From the NCBI GenBank assembly GCA_963801815.1, contig CAWDGJ010000001.1, positions 1-64,000 on the forward strand: a stretch of DNA of 64,000 bases, in the 5' to 3' direction. This document shows, piece after piece, positions 20,320 to 30,023 of the stretch (within the stretch, counting starts at the first letter, position 1; each line of letters starts with the position of its first letter). The translations under genes were made by a program, and so were the position numbers. This stretch comes from an uncultured Verrucomicrobiae bacterium (lineage in GTDB: Bacteria > Verrucomicrobiota > Verrucomicrobiia > Chthoniobacterales > UBA10450). Under the pieces are notes generated by a model. The model saw only the letters and a list, made by a program, of their open reading frames with translations. It made no database searches and had not been told where the DNA came from.

Positions 20320-21804
20320 TCACCGGCCCTGCAGCGCGTACAGGATCCCTTCACAGCTGCGCACCACCGTCCGGGCCGCATCGGCGAAGGCACGGGGGAA
20401 AACCGGATTCTCGCTGAGCCGCCGCCACCGCTCCAGCGTCTCCAGGGCCACCGCGCGCAGCGTCGCTGGATCGGTGTCGTCGACAAGCCCAAGGCGCTGG
20501 GCCGGGATCGTCCCGTTCGCGCCGAGTAGTCGCTCCGCTTCTCCGCGGTACGCGTCGGGGAACGTCACCGCCGACGAGCGGATCGCGGCCAGCAGCCGCA
20601 TCTCGGCGAACTCGTGACCGCCAGCCAGGATCCGCTCGACCTCGGCGAGCAGACCACGGCCCTGCCGTGAGGGCTCGCGCCTGAGCACGAAATCCATGGC
20701 GAGCAGCGCTGACCGCGCCTTGAGCAGGTCGCGACGTTCCGTGAACCGGCGGGCCAGCGAACTGAGCAACTCATCGAGACCGCTACGTCGCACCAGTTCG
20801 TCGGCAAGCCCATCCGGGCTGGTGCTTCCCTGCCGGACGAGCGTGATGGCCAGTCGCACCCCGAACAGGCCGAAGCGTTCAAGCAGGTCGACCCGGCTGT
20901 CGAGGGGGAGCAGGGAGTCCTCTCGCGGGCCCGGATGCAGGAACCGGCCGACGGACAGCAAGATGGCCTCAGTGTCATCGCGGGAGGCCCCGGCCAGCCT
21001 CGAGAAAGCTTGGAACTCGTCCTGCCGCAGCGAGCGGCCGGCCTGTGCGAGCAGTCCCGCCACCGCCACGACATCCTGACACAGGCCGATCAGCCGGGGA
21101 TCGGAGCGGTACCGAGTGGCGACACGGCGGGCCGACATCAGCGCGTCCAGCCTCCCGCCGCCGATCTCGTCTGCCCGCGAGAGCACCGCGATCGCGTTCA
21201 GCCCGCTGGCTCTGGCCGCGCCGTATTCGCTGAACGCTTCCAGGAATTCGAAGTCCGTGGCGTGCAGATGCCGCATCAGGTAGACGACCGCGTCGGCGGC
21301 GGCCGGCTGGTCCTCCGGCAGCAGGAAGGCCGTCGACCGCTCCGAGTTCTCAGTCGTGAGCGACCCGATCCCGGGGGTGTCGATCAGCGTGCTGGCCTGC
21401 AGCCGCCGCGACGGCCAGTCCACTACGAGCCGGTCGACGTCGGCGGCCGGGATGGCGCCCAGGTCGATGATCAGCCTTCCGTTGCGCCGGCTGGCTGGAA
21501 GCTGGTGCGGCGCGCCCTGCTTCGGGTGCAGGGTCAGCCGTGGCACGTTCGCGTACTGATACCAGGTGACCAACTTGGTGCACTCCGCCGCGTCCGTCGC
21601 GGCGACCATCTCGCCCACCATGGCGTTGAGCAGCGTAGACTTGCCGGCCTTGACCTTGCCCGCGATGGCGACCCGCAGCGGGGCGTCCATGCGGTCCATT
21701 TCTCCGCGCAGCCACCGCTGGGTGCCGGGCGAACCTCGGTACGCCTCAATGGTGCGCTGCAGCAGCCGACGGGTGGTCGACGAGAGGTCCGAGGCGCTGG
21801 TCAC
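20320..21804 (-). CDS. iniC: Dynamin-like GTPase, IniC-like
   Basis: GKVKAGKSTLLNA, LIDTPG, LSRADEIGGGRLDAL. Confidence 0.88.
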   Translation of the reverse strand: MTSASDLSSTTRRLLQRTIEAYRGSPGTQRWLRGEMDRMDAPLRVAIAGKVKAGKSTLLNAMVGEMVAATDAAECTKLVTWYQYANVPRLTLHPKQGAPHQLPASRRNGRLIIDLGAIPAADVDRLVVDWPSRRLQASTLIDTPGIGSLTTENSERSTAFLLPEDQPAAADAVVYLMRHLHATDFEFLEAFSEYGAARASGLNAIAVLSRADEIGGGRLDALMSARRVATRYRSDPRLIGLCQDVVAVAGLLAQAGRSLRQDEFQAFSRLAGASRDDTEAILLSVGRFLHPGPREDSLLPLDSRVDLLERFGLFGVRLAITLVRQGSTSPDGLADELVRRSGLDELLSSLARRFTERRDLLKARSALLAMDFVLRREPSRQGRGLLAEVERILAGGHEFAEMRLLAAIRSSAVTFPDAYRGEAERLLGANGTIPAQRLGLVDDTDPATLRAVALETLERWRRLSENPVFPRAFADAARTVVRSCEGILYALQGR

Positions 21805-21822
21805 CGTGTCCAGATGCCCGTC

Positions 21823-23709
21823 CTATTCAGCCGCAAGCGCCAGCGCCTGCCCTTCGTTTTCCAGCGCAGCGATCCGCTCGAGTTCCGCGTTCAGGTCGGC
21901 GATACGCTGCTGCCGCTCCGCCTCACCTGAGTCCACGGCTCGTTCGGCCGCTATCAGCGCCTCCTGCGCCGACCGGACCAGCTCATCGCTGCGGGCCATG
22001 AAGTGATCCCGCAGGTCACGATGCATGTGGCGGAGCATGTCCCGGGATTGCTTGCCCACCTGGAACGTAACGTCATCCACGTAGCGGCGCACAATATTCT
22101 TGGCCTCCATCCGGCGCCGGTCGAGTAGGCGCCGACCCTCGTCGCGGACCATTTTACCGCCCATGAGCAGCCCGGCCGCGGCAGAGAACGGATTCAGCAA
22201 GGTCAGGCCCATGAACGTGGAAGCCAAACCCGCCATCAGGGTGCCTATGTAACCACCGCGCAGCCCGACGAACGCCCGCTGGCCGACACCAAACTTCTCT
22301 CCGCCCGGCCGCTCCGTCTCAGCGATCATCTCAGGCACCGCGGCCCTGGCCGTGCGCAGCTGGGGAAACGCCCGGGCGCCGTCCTCCTCGAATAGCTCGG
22401 CCACCTGGCCGGCCAGCCAGCGCGCCCGCTCGGTGGCCCATAGGAAGTTCGCCGCTACGGCCGCGGTGGCCTGCTCCTCCAGTTGCGCGGCGAACTGGTC
22501 CCAGATCTTTCCGGGGTCGGCATCGTCCAGCATCTTCTCCGCTTCCCGGACGATGACCCGCGTCCGGTCCCGTAGGTCGTGGTCGACGTCGGCGTTGAGG
22601 TCGGTGATCCCGTCATTCAGTACCTGAGACCAGCGCGCGTTTCGGTCCCTCAGGTCGTCAGCCTGTTGCCTGGCCTGCTCCAGCTCTGCGACCAGACGGG
22701 CGGCCTGCTCCGGACCTTCGCAGGCGGCCAGCTCCGCGCGCATGCTGCTGGCCAGCTGGGCGGTGATCGTCACGACGTCGTTGGCGGCGGCCCGGTTGGC
22801 CAGCCGCTCGGACTGCCCCAGCACGCGCTCGCGCAGGAAGGTGACCAGGGCGGGGAAACCTGATTCAGCGTTGAGCGCCTGGTCCCGGCCCCGCAATGCG
22901 TGCAGCCGCAGGATCGAGGAGACGGGCAGCACCGCCGCGTCGATCCCGGCGGTGCGCAGGTGCCTGCGGTCTAGTTCGAAGATCCACTGCCACCGCGGGT
23001 AGAGATCGATCTTGGTGAGCACGCAGGCGACGTTCGGGCAGACCTGTGCCGCCTGACGCAGAAACTCAAGCTCGGGGCGGCTGTACTCGGCCGCCGCGTC
23101 GGATACCAGCAGGATCGCGTCCGCGCTGGGCAGCATGGCCATCGTGGCGGCGCTCTGCACCGAACCAAGGCCGCCGACGCCCGGCGTGTCTACCAGCTCC
23201 AGGCCGTCGGCGAGGATGTCCCGGGGAATCCCGGCCTCCGCGTATTTCAGGCCCGCGTGGTTGCCCGGATTGCCGGACTCGGAGACATGGCTGGCGAGCC
23301 GCTCAACCGGGACCTGAAAGCGTTCCTCCTGCTCGTCAGCTCCCCAGGCGCCGCGGACCAGCGTCGCCGACGGGTGGCGCGCGAACCGGACCACGGTCGG
23401 CACTGAGGTCGAGATGTCATCGTCGACCGGGCAAACCGGGGCGTTGACCAGGGCGTTCACCAGCATGCTCTTGCCCTGCTTGAACTCGCCCACCACCAGG
23501 ACACGGACCCGCGGGTTGTTCAGGCGCTGCAGCGCCTGGCGGGCCCGGCCCGCGAGATCGGGCCGCTGGTACGCGGTGGTGGCCCGCAGGGCGAGCTCGA
23601 CGGTCTGGACGGCCTGGGACGGGGCCCCGGTTACGGCAGGCGGCCCGCCGCTGGCGGCCGATGTAGTGCGCGTGGCGACGGCGCGCTCACTCGCGGTGTC
23701 ACTCGGCAT
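21823..23709 (-). CDS. iniA: Dynamin-like GTPase, IniA-like
   Basis: GEFKQGKSMLVNAL, CPVDDD, LVDTPGVGG, TKIDLYPRW; GAGGAGG RBS. Confidence 0.9.
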   Translation of the reverse strand: MPSDTASERAVATRTTSAASGGPPAVTGAPSQAVQTVELALRATTAYQRPDLAGRARQALQRLNNPRVRVLVVGEFKQGKSMLVNALVNAPVCPVDDDISTSVPTVVRFARHPSATLVRGAWGADEQEERFQVPVERLASHVSESGNPGNHAGLKYAEAGIPRDILADGLELVDTPGVGGLGSVQSAATMAMLPSADAILLVSDAAAEYSRPELEFLRQAAQVCPNVACVLTKIDLYPRWQWIFELDRRHLRTAGIDAAVLPVSSILRLHALRGRDQALNAESGFPALVTFLRERVLGQSERLANRAAANDVVTITAQLASSMRAELAACEGPEQAARLVAELEQARQQADDLRDRNARWSQVLNDGITDLNADVDHDLRDRTRVIVREAEKMLDDADPGKIWDQFAAQLEEQATAAVAANFLWATERARWLAGQVAELFEEDGARAFPQLRTARAAVPEMIAETERPGGEKFGVGQRAFVGLRGGYIGTLMAGLASTFMGLTLLNPFSAAAGLLMGGKMVRDEGRRLLDRRRMEAKNIVRRYVDDVTFQVGKQSRDMLRHMHRDLRDHFMARSDELVRSAQEALIAAERAVDSGEAERQQRIADLNAELERIAALENEGQALALAAE

Positions 23710-23725
23710 TGCGGCCTCCTCGCGC

Positions 23726-23760
23726 CTTTGGCCCACCCGGGATTCCCGGGTGGGCCAAAG
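23726..23760 (-). terminator. Perfect hairpin between the low-complexity gene and iniA
   Basis: CTTTGGCCCACCCGGGA-T-TCCCGGGTGGGCCAAAG. Confidence 0.7.
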
Positions 23761-23786
23761 AAGGATAACCCCACTGAATCAGCAGC

Positions 23787-24697
23787 TCACATCACATGAA
23801 TGTCCATGCCGTGGTCGAAGTGGTGATCGTGGTGCTGGTCCTGGGTCTGCGCCTGCGGCGGATCCTGGTGGTGCCCCTGGGTCGTCGGGTCCTGGGCCGG
23901 GTCCTGGTGGTGCTCGTGGTAGTGGTGCTCCTGGTGGTGGTGGTGATGGTGGTGCTTGTGGTGGTCATGGTCCTTGTGGTGGTGCTCGTGGTCGCCGCAA
24001 CCTCCACCGAAGTTCCAGTGCTGACCGGGGTCGCTGCTCGTCGATGCCGGGTCGCTGGCGCCGCCACCGAAGTTGTGCATGTGGTGGTGGTGGCTGTCGC
24101 CGCTGCCGCCCTTGGGGTCGTTGCCGCCGCCGCTACCGCTACCGCCGGAACCGCCGCTGCCGCCGGAGCCGCCGGGAACGTGGGTGCCCGAACCGCCGGA
24201 ACCGCCCGAACCGCCGCTGCCGCCGGAACCGCCGGGGACGTGGGTGCCCGAACCGCCGGAACCGCCCGACCGCCGACCGCCGCTGCCGCCGGAGCCCCCG
24301 GAGCCGCCGGAGCCGCCGGGGACGTGGGTGCCCGAACCGCCGGAACCGCCCGAACCGCCGCTACCGCCGGAGCCGCCGCTGCCGCCGGAACCGCCGGGGA
24401 CGTGGGTGCCGGAACCGCCCGAGCCGCCACTGCCGCCCGAACCGCCGCTACCGGGGAGGCCGCCGGAACCGCCCGAGCCGCCGGGGACGTGGGTCCCGAA
24501 CCGCCGGAGCCGCCACTGCCGCCCGAACCGCCCGAACCGCCGCTACCGGGGAAGCCGCCGGAACCGCCCGAGCCGCCGGGGACGTGGGTGCCCGAACCGC
24601 CGGAGCCGCCACTGCCGCCCGAACCGCCCGAACCGCCGCTACCGGGGAAGCCGCCGGAACCGCCGGAGCCGCCGCTACCACCAGGGTTAGGTGCCAT
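23787..24697 (-). CDS. Gly/Ser-repeat protein with His-rich C-terminus (frameshift near 24495, likely read error)
   Basis: MAPNP(GGS)n / GTHVP repeats; one missing base in a repeat unit separates them from the His-rich tail ending FDHGMDIHVM*. Confidence 0.75.
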
Positions 24698-24847
24698 GAG
24701 TGCTCTCTTCTCTCTTAGTAGCTGCCCGATTTAGAGCCGGGCAGATCGAATGGTAAAGCGGCGTTGCCGCTTCGTCGTACTAGTGGGTCGTTCTCAGGTC
24801 GCCGCGATCCTGGCCGACAGTTGATCCGGGCCGCCGCGGTCGCCGAC

Positions 24848-25708
24848 TCAGTGCAGGTCGAGATATATGTGCGGCTCCGGAGGGTCGTGGATGCTGTGCT
24901 CGGTGCCCTGGCCGTAATAGCTGTCCTGGCCGTAGTAGGCATCACCGAAGCCGCTGTGAGCGTCGTGCGTGTGAAAGTCGTCCTGGCCTGCCTGGCTGGC
25001 GGGCCCACCGAAGTCCGCGGGATGAAAGCCGGTGCCGTCGTGCGAGCCACCGGCGTCACCGGAGTAAGCGGCCGGACCGACCGAGGTCGTGGCGGCACCG
25101 GAGCCGAAGCTGTGCAGGCCGTGGCCGTGGCCGTGGCCATGGTTGTGGTCTGAGTAGCGGAAACGGCTGCCGGACGCGTTTCCGGCCGGGCCATCCTGCA
25201 TGTCGCCGTGGCTCAGGCCATGGGTGGGGTCACCGTAACCGAAGTTGCTGTCGTGGCCTGAGTGCTCGTGGTCGTCGCCCATCCAGTGACCGGCACGGTG
25301 CCCGTCGCGCGGGCCGGGAGCGGGGCCGTCCGTCACCCCGTGGCCGCCATCGAAGTCCTTCGTGCCGTCGCCGACGGCCCAGATGTTCCCGTGCCCGGGG
25401 TCATGGGTGCCGTGGTCGTCGTACCGGTACGTGCGGGTGATGTGGTGCAGGTAATGGATGACAGCGCGCATGCCACCGTCGCCCCCCGGCGGCATGACCG
25501 GCGGCGAGGCGAGGTGGTTGCTGCTGTTCAGCTCGACGTACCGGTTGTCCGTCACCAGCGGCAACGTCCCGCGGATGTCCGCAGCAGACACGCCAGTGAG
25601 GCCGCTGGCGGCCAGCACGTGCTCGGGACTCGCGCGGAACTCCGCCTGAGCCTGCGGATCTTTCAGCAAGTTCAGGATGAAGTCCAGCAACGAGGTCGCA
25701 GCGGTCAT
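24848..25708 (-). CDS. IniB N-terminal domain protein, paralog 1 (His/Gly/Asp-rich tail)
   Basis: TSLLDFILNLLKDPQAQAEFRASPEHVLAASGL; upstream of iniAC. Confidence 0.8.
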   Translation of the reverse strand: MTAATSLLDFILNLLKDPQAQAEFRASPEHVLAASGLTGVSAADIRGTLPLVTDNRYVELNSSNHLASPPVMPPGGDGGMRAVIHYLHHITRTYRYDDHGTHDPGHGNIWAVGDGTKDFDGGHGVTDGPAPGPRDGHRAGHWMGDDHEHSGHDSNFGYGDPTHGLSHGDMQDGPAGNASGSRFRYSDHNHGHGHGHGLHSFGSGAATTSVGPAAYSGDAGGSHDGTGFHPADFGGPASQAGQDDFHTHDAHSGFGDAYYGQDSYYGQGTEHSIHDPPEPHIYLDLH

Positions 25709-25817
25709 TCTCAGCTATTTCCCCCCGATATCGCCAGATGAGCGATATCGCCAGATGAGCGGACGGACCGGGTGTCCGGACGCTTTGGTAAATCTAGGGA
25801 CCGGCCGCACCGCGGCA

Positions 25818-25916
25818 ATCGGGGATCAACCCGCCATCTCCGGGGCCCCGTTAGGGGATCCGGGCGATTTCCCCATTAGGGGATTAGGGGATCTGACCTC
25901 AGCCGCCCCCGATCCC
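25818..25916. promoter_or_regulatory. TTAGGGGAT box cluster upstream of IniB paralog 1
   Basis: TTAGGGGAT at 25851, 25876 and 25884, plus ATCGGGGAT and CCCCGATCCC variants. Confidence 0.65.
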
Positions 25917-25922
25917 GAATCA

Positions 25923-26022
25923 GGAATCCCGGCCTCCGCGTACTTCACCCCGCGTGGTTGCCCGGATTCCCGACCTCGGAGACGTAGCTGGCGCGTTGCT
26001 CGATCGGCGCCTGAATGCGTTC
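25923..26022 (-). pseudogene. About 100-bp relic of a second iniA copy
   Basis: Aligns by eye with 23225-23323 (SESGNPGNHAGLKYAEAGIP region). Confidence 0.75.
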
Positions 26023-26058
26023 TGTGGCCCACCCGGGTATGCCGGGTGGGCCACAGAA
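26020..26058 (-). terminator. Paralogous hairpin downstream of low-complexity gene 2
   Basis: TTCTGTGGCCCACCCGG...CCGGGTGGGCCACAGAA. Confidence 0.7.
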
Positions 26059-26082
26059 GGACAATCCCGCTGAGTCAGCAGC

Positions 26083-26739
26083 TCACATCACATGCATGTC
26101 CAAGCCGTGGTCGAAGTGGTGATCGTGGTGCTGGTCCTGGGTCTGCGCCTGCGGCGGGTCCTGGTGCTGCCCCTGGGTCGTCGGGTCCTGGGGCAGGTCC
26201 TGGTGGTGCTCGTGGTGGTGATGGTGGTGGTGATGGTGGTGCTTGTGGTGGTGATGCTCGTGGCCCCACCCGTCGGGCGTGGTGGTGCTGGTGGTGACAG
26301 AGGCAGTCGTCGTGGTTGCAGCCGCCGTGGGATCCCCGCTACCGAAGCTCCAGTGGTGGTCGTGGTGGCAGGGGTCGCTGCTGGTGGCTGCGGGGTCGGT
26401 GCCGCTACCGAAGCTCCAGTGGTGGTCGTGGTGACTGGGATCGCTGCTGTTGGACGACGGGTCGCTGGACGACGGGTCGCTACCCCAAGGGACGGTAGTC
26501 CACGGGGCCGTGGTCCACGGGGTGGTAGTAGTGGTGGCCGACGGGTCGCCGGCCGGGGGGGTGCCGTCGTGATGGTGATCGTCGGTAGTAGTAGTGGTCG
26601 GCGGGTCGCCGGCCGGGGGGGTGCCGTCGTGATGGTGATCGTCGGTAGTGGTAGTCGTCGTGGCCGACGGGTCGCTACTCCAAGGCGCAGTGGTCCACGG
26701 GGCAGTGGTCCACGCGGCGGGAGTCCAGGGTGTGCTCAT
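26083..26739 (-). CDS. Thr/Pro/Trp-repeat protein with His-rich C-terminus
   Basis: PWTTA repeats, DDHHHDGTPPAGDP repeats, and a tail homologous to that of 23787-24697 (FDHGLDMHVM*). Confidence 0.75.
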   Translation of the reverse strand: MSTPWTPAAWTTAPWTTAPWSSDPSATTTTTTDDHHHDGTPPAGDPPTTTTTDDHHHDGTPPAGDPSATTTTTPWTTAPWTTVPWGSDPSSSDPSSNSSDPSHHDHHWSFGSGTDPAATSSDPCHHDHHWSFGSGDPTAAATTTTASVTTSTTTPDGWGHEHHHHKHHHHHHHHHHEHHQDLPQDPTTQGQHQDPPQAQTQDQHHDHHFDHGLDMHVM

Positions 26740-26846
26740 GGTTACTCTTTTCTCTCTGAAGGAGGCTGTCCGGTTGCAGGCGCAGTCGGACCGGTCAATG
26801 CGTCAAGCGGCTTACCGCTTCGTCATGCCAGGGAGAGATCTCCTAC

Positions 26847-27563
26847 TCAGTGCAGGTCCAGATATATATGCAGCTCCGGGGGGTCGTGAGTGCCGGGCAC
26901 GCTGTCGTGGCCGTAATAGCTGTCGTGGCCGTAATAGCTGTCGCCGAGGCTGTTGTTGGCGTCGTGCGCGTGCCAGTCGTCCGCGCCCGCCTGGCTAGCG
27001 GCGCCGCCGGAGTCCGTGTGGCGAAAGCCGATGCTGTCGTGCGAGCCGACGATTTCACCGGAGCTACCGGCCGGGATGTCAGTACCGCCCACCGCGGTCA
27101 TGGCGGCCCCGGAGCCGAAGCCGTGCAGGTCGAAATTCTCGTGCTGCCCGCCCATCCAGCGACCGGCACCGGACTCGCCGCCAGGGCCGGGCGCGGGGCC
27201 GCTATGCGTCACACCGTCCATGGCCCAGATGTTTCCGCGCCCCGGGTCGTGGGCGTGGGAGCCGTGATCGTCGTACCGGTAGGTGCGGGTGATGCGGTGC
27301 AGGTAATGGATGACAGCGCGAGCGCCATCACTGTCGCCCGAGGGCGACGCGGCCGACAGCGAGACGAGGTGATGGCCGCTGTTCAGCCCGACATACCGGT
27401 TGTCCGTCACCAACGGCAACGTCCCGCGGATGTCCGCAGCAGACACGCCAGTGAGGCCGTTGGCGGCCAGCACGTGCTCGGGACTCGCGCGGAACTCCGC
27501 ATGAGCTTGCGGATCTTTCAGCAAGTTCAGGATGAAGTCCAGCAACGAGGTCGCGGCGGTCAT
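26847..27563 (-). CDS. IniB N-terminal domain protein, paralog 2
   Basis: Near-identical N-terminus to paralog 1; shared C-terminus HDPPExHIYLDLH. Confidence 0.8.
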   Translation of the reverse strand: MTAATSLLDFILNLLKDPQAHAEFRASPEHVLAANGLTGVSAADIRGTLPLVTDNRYVGLNSGHHLVSLSAASPSGDSDGARAVIHYLHRITRTYRYDDHGSHAHDPGRGNIWAMDGVTHSGPAPGPGGESGAGRWMGGQHENFDLHGFGSGAAMTAVGGTDIPAGSSGEIVGSHDSIGFRHTDSGGAASQAGADDWHAHDANNSLGDSYYGHDSYYGHDSVPGTHDPPELHIYLDLH

Positions 27564-27685
27564 CGCAGCTATTTCCTCGATATCGCCAGATGAGCGGACG
27601 GACCGGGTGTCCGGGCGCTTCGGTAAATCTAGGGACCGGCCGCGCCGCCGCAATCGGGGAGCAACCCGCCATCTCCGGGGCGCCG

Positions 27686-27754
27686 TTAGGGGATTCGAGC
27701 GGTTCCCCATTAGGGGATTAGGGGATTTTGCCTCTGCCGCCCCCGATCCCCTAA
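27686..27754. promoter_or_regulatory. TTAGGGGAT box cluster in the divergent iniB/Hsp70 promoter
   Basis: TTAGGGGAT at 27686, 27710 and 27718, and inverted ATCCCCTAA at 27746. Confidence 0.7.
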
Positions 27755-27882
27755 TCAGGAAGGGGGGTTGCCCGCGCCAACGCGACGGCCCGGATCGGCG
27801 TCTCTCTTTCAGGACGTTTCCGGAAGGTTTCCTGGACGCGCCCATGGGTGCCGGGGGGCGCCCGCGCGGGAGGATGATGACA

Positions 27883-29546
27883 ATGACGTACTGGCTGGGG
27901 ATCGACCTCGGCACGACGTACACGGCCGCTGCGCTATGCCGGCCGGCTATGGGTGAGCTGGAAACCCAGGTCGTTCCGCTGGGCAGCCGCTCGCCCGCCG
28001 TACCGTCGGTGCTGTTCCTGGCTGGAGACGGCTCACTGCTGGTCGGAGAGGCCGCGGAGCGCTACGCGCTCACCGACCCCGACCGCGTGGTACGGGAGTT
28101 CAAGCGGCGGATCGGTGATGAGATCCCGCTGCTGGTGGGCGGGGTGCCATGGCAGGCTCAAGATCTTGCCGCGGTACTCGTCCACCGGGTATGGCAGCAG
28201 GTCAACGAACGGGAAGCCGGACTGCCCGAAAGCGTCGCGCTCACCTACCCGGCCAGCTGGGGACCGTACAAGATAAGCCTGTTCGAGCAGGCTATGCGAG
28301 CCGCCCGCATCGGCGAGATGACGCGGCTGGGCAAGATGGAGCTGCTGAGCGAACCGCAGGCCGCCGCGATCGGATACGCCAGCCGGGCGCAGGTCGAGAC
28401 CGGCGCCCGTCTGGCCGTGTACGACCTGGGCGGGGGGACCTTCGACGCCGCCGTTATCCGTAAGGACTCACCGACCGCGTTCACGCTCCTCGGAAAGCCC
28501 GAAGGGATCGACGGGCTCGGCGGGGTCACCTTTGACGAGATGCTGTTCGAGCACGTATGCGCCGCCGCCGGGGTGCCGCTGACCCAGATCAACCCGAACG
28601 ATCCGCGCATCGTTCCCGAGGTCGCCCGGCTGCGCCGCGCGTGCACCGAGGCGAAGGAAACCCTGTCGGTGGACACCGACACCACCATCCCGGTGGAGCT
28701 CGGCGGCGTGCGGCAGCGGGTCCGGGTGACCCGGGCCGAATTCGAGGAAATGATCCGGCCAGAACTGGACCGGACCATCGAGGCGTTGCACCGGGCGCTG
28801 GAGTCGGCAGCCGTCGACGGCACGCAGCTTGACGCGATCCTGCTGGTCGGGGGATCGTCCCGGATCCCGCTCGTCTCCCAGCTGATCTCGGCCGAGTTCG
28901 GCCGGGCACCGGCGATTGACGCCGACCCCAAAACCACGGTCGCCCTGGGTGCGGCGCGTTTTCTCGCCGCAGCGCCCAGGCCCTCTGAAGAGAGCGTGGC
29001 CACCGATACCCAGCTGCCGGCCGTACCGCCGGAACGGCCGCAGATGTCCACGATGCTCTCCGGCTACGAGGACACCGAGGACGAGCCGGTGCGGCACCGC
29101 CCGCGCAAGGAGGTCCTGGCTGCTGCGGCCCTGGTTCTGCTGCTAGTCGCCGGGGTGGCCGCGGTGGCTTCCCCTAAACTTGCCGACGCTCTCCGTCACT
29201 CCACGGCGTCACCGGAAACGACGCAGAGCGCGGGCAGCACGCCAGTTCCCGGCCAGTCGGCTGGCGTCACTAGCCCGAAGCCGCACAGCAAGAAGAAGTC
29301 AGGCCCCACCAGCGGACCCGCACCGTCTGCGACCAGAAGTCAGGCCGCCAGCCTGGCGCGCCAGACGCGAGCGAAGAGCACGCCCTCCCCGTCCCCGGTA
29401 CACAGCAGCAGCCCGACAGCATCCGCCTCCTCGCCGACGCCCACGCCCACGCCCACGCGCACGCCGACGCGCCGCACCCCGACCCCCGACCCCGACGTCG
29501 CCCGACACCAACGCCGACACCGACACCCCCGACACCGACGACGTAG
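27883..29546 (+). CDS. Membrane-anchored Hsp70-family protein with Pro/Thr tail (tail frameshifted in this copy)
   Basis: LGIDLGTT, EPQAAA, YDLGGGTFD, LVGGSSRIP, a TM helix and PT repeats; no DnaK substrate-binding domain. Confidence 0.9.
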
Positions 29547-29973
29547 CTCATCTGCAGCGTCATAAATCATCGGGGATCGAGGCCGGCCGCCGGAATCTCA
29601 TCCCGCCCGGGCGTCCGTGCCCTCCGGTGGTCAGGCCCGTGCTCGCTGGCATGACGGCCTGGCTAGGTGTCGCCGCTTGGCGGCCGACGCGTGCCCGGGG
29701 CTGTGATCCCTGATGCTCCCCGGTTCGCGGGGCATTCCTGTGCCCGGTGATCCTGGGCCGCCGGCCCTTGCCGGGGCAGGCACTGGGCCGTCATACCGCG
29801 CTGTGAGAACTCCCAGGACCGATCCCGGCGCACCTCGGAGTAGACGGGGACCGAACGAAGGCCCGACGGCGCGGCCGACCGCGCTGCGGCCACCGCCGCT
29901 CACCGGCCTCAGCGTCCTTACCGGCCAGGATCAGGCCACGAGGACGCCTGGATCGCACTCAGGCAGTGCCCAG

Positions 29974-30023
29974 AAAGCAAAAAAGCCTGGGCTCGGAGCG
30001 GGGCCTGGCCACCCCGAGCCCAG
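29974..30023 (-). terminator. Intrinsic terminator
   Basis: CTGGGCTCGG...CCGAGCCCAG stem followed by a T-run on the minus strand. Confidence 0.6.

Noticed and set aside
24130..24680. CRISPR-like repeat array
   Set aside because: In-frame coding repeats without unique spacers; no cas genes in the window
23796..24734. Plus-strand Pro/Glu-rich and Val/Ala-rich ORFs
   Set aside because: Antisense shadows of the Gly/Ser/His repeat gene, which is co-oriented with the ini operon
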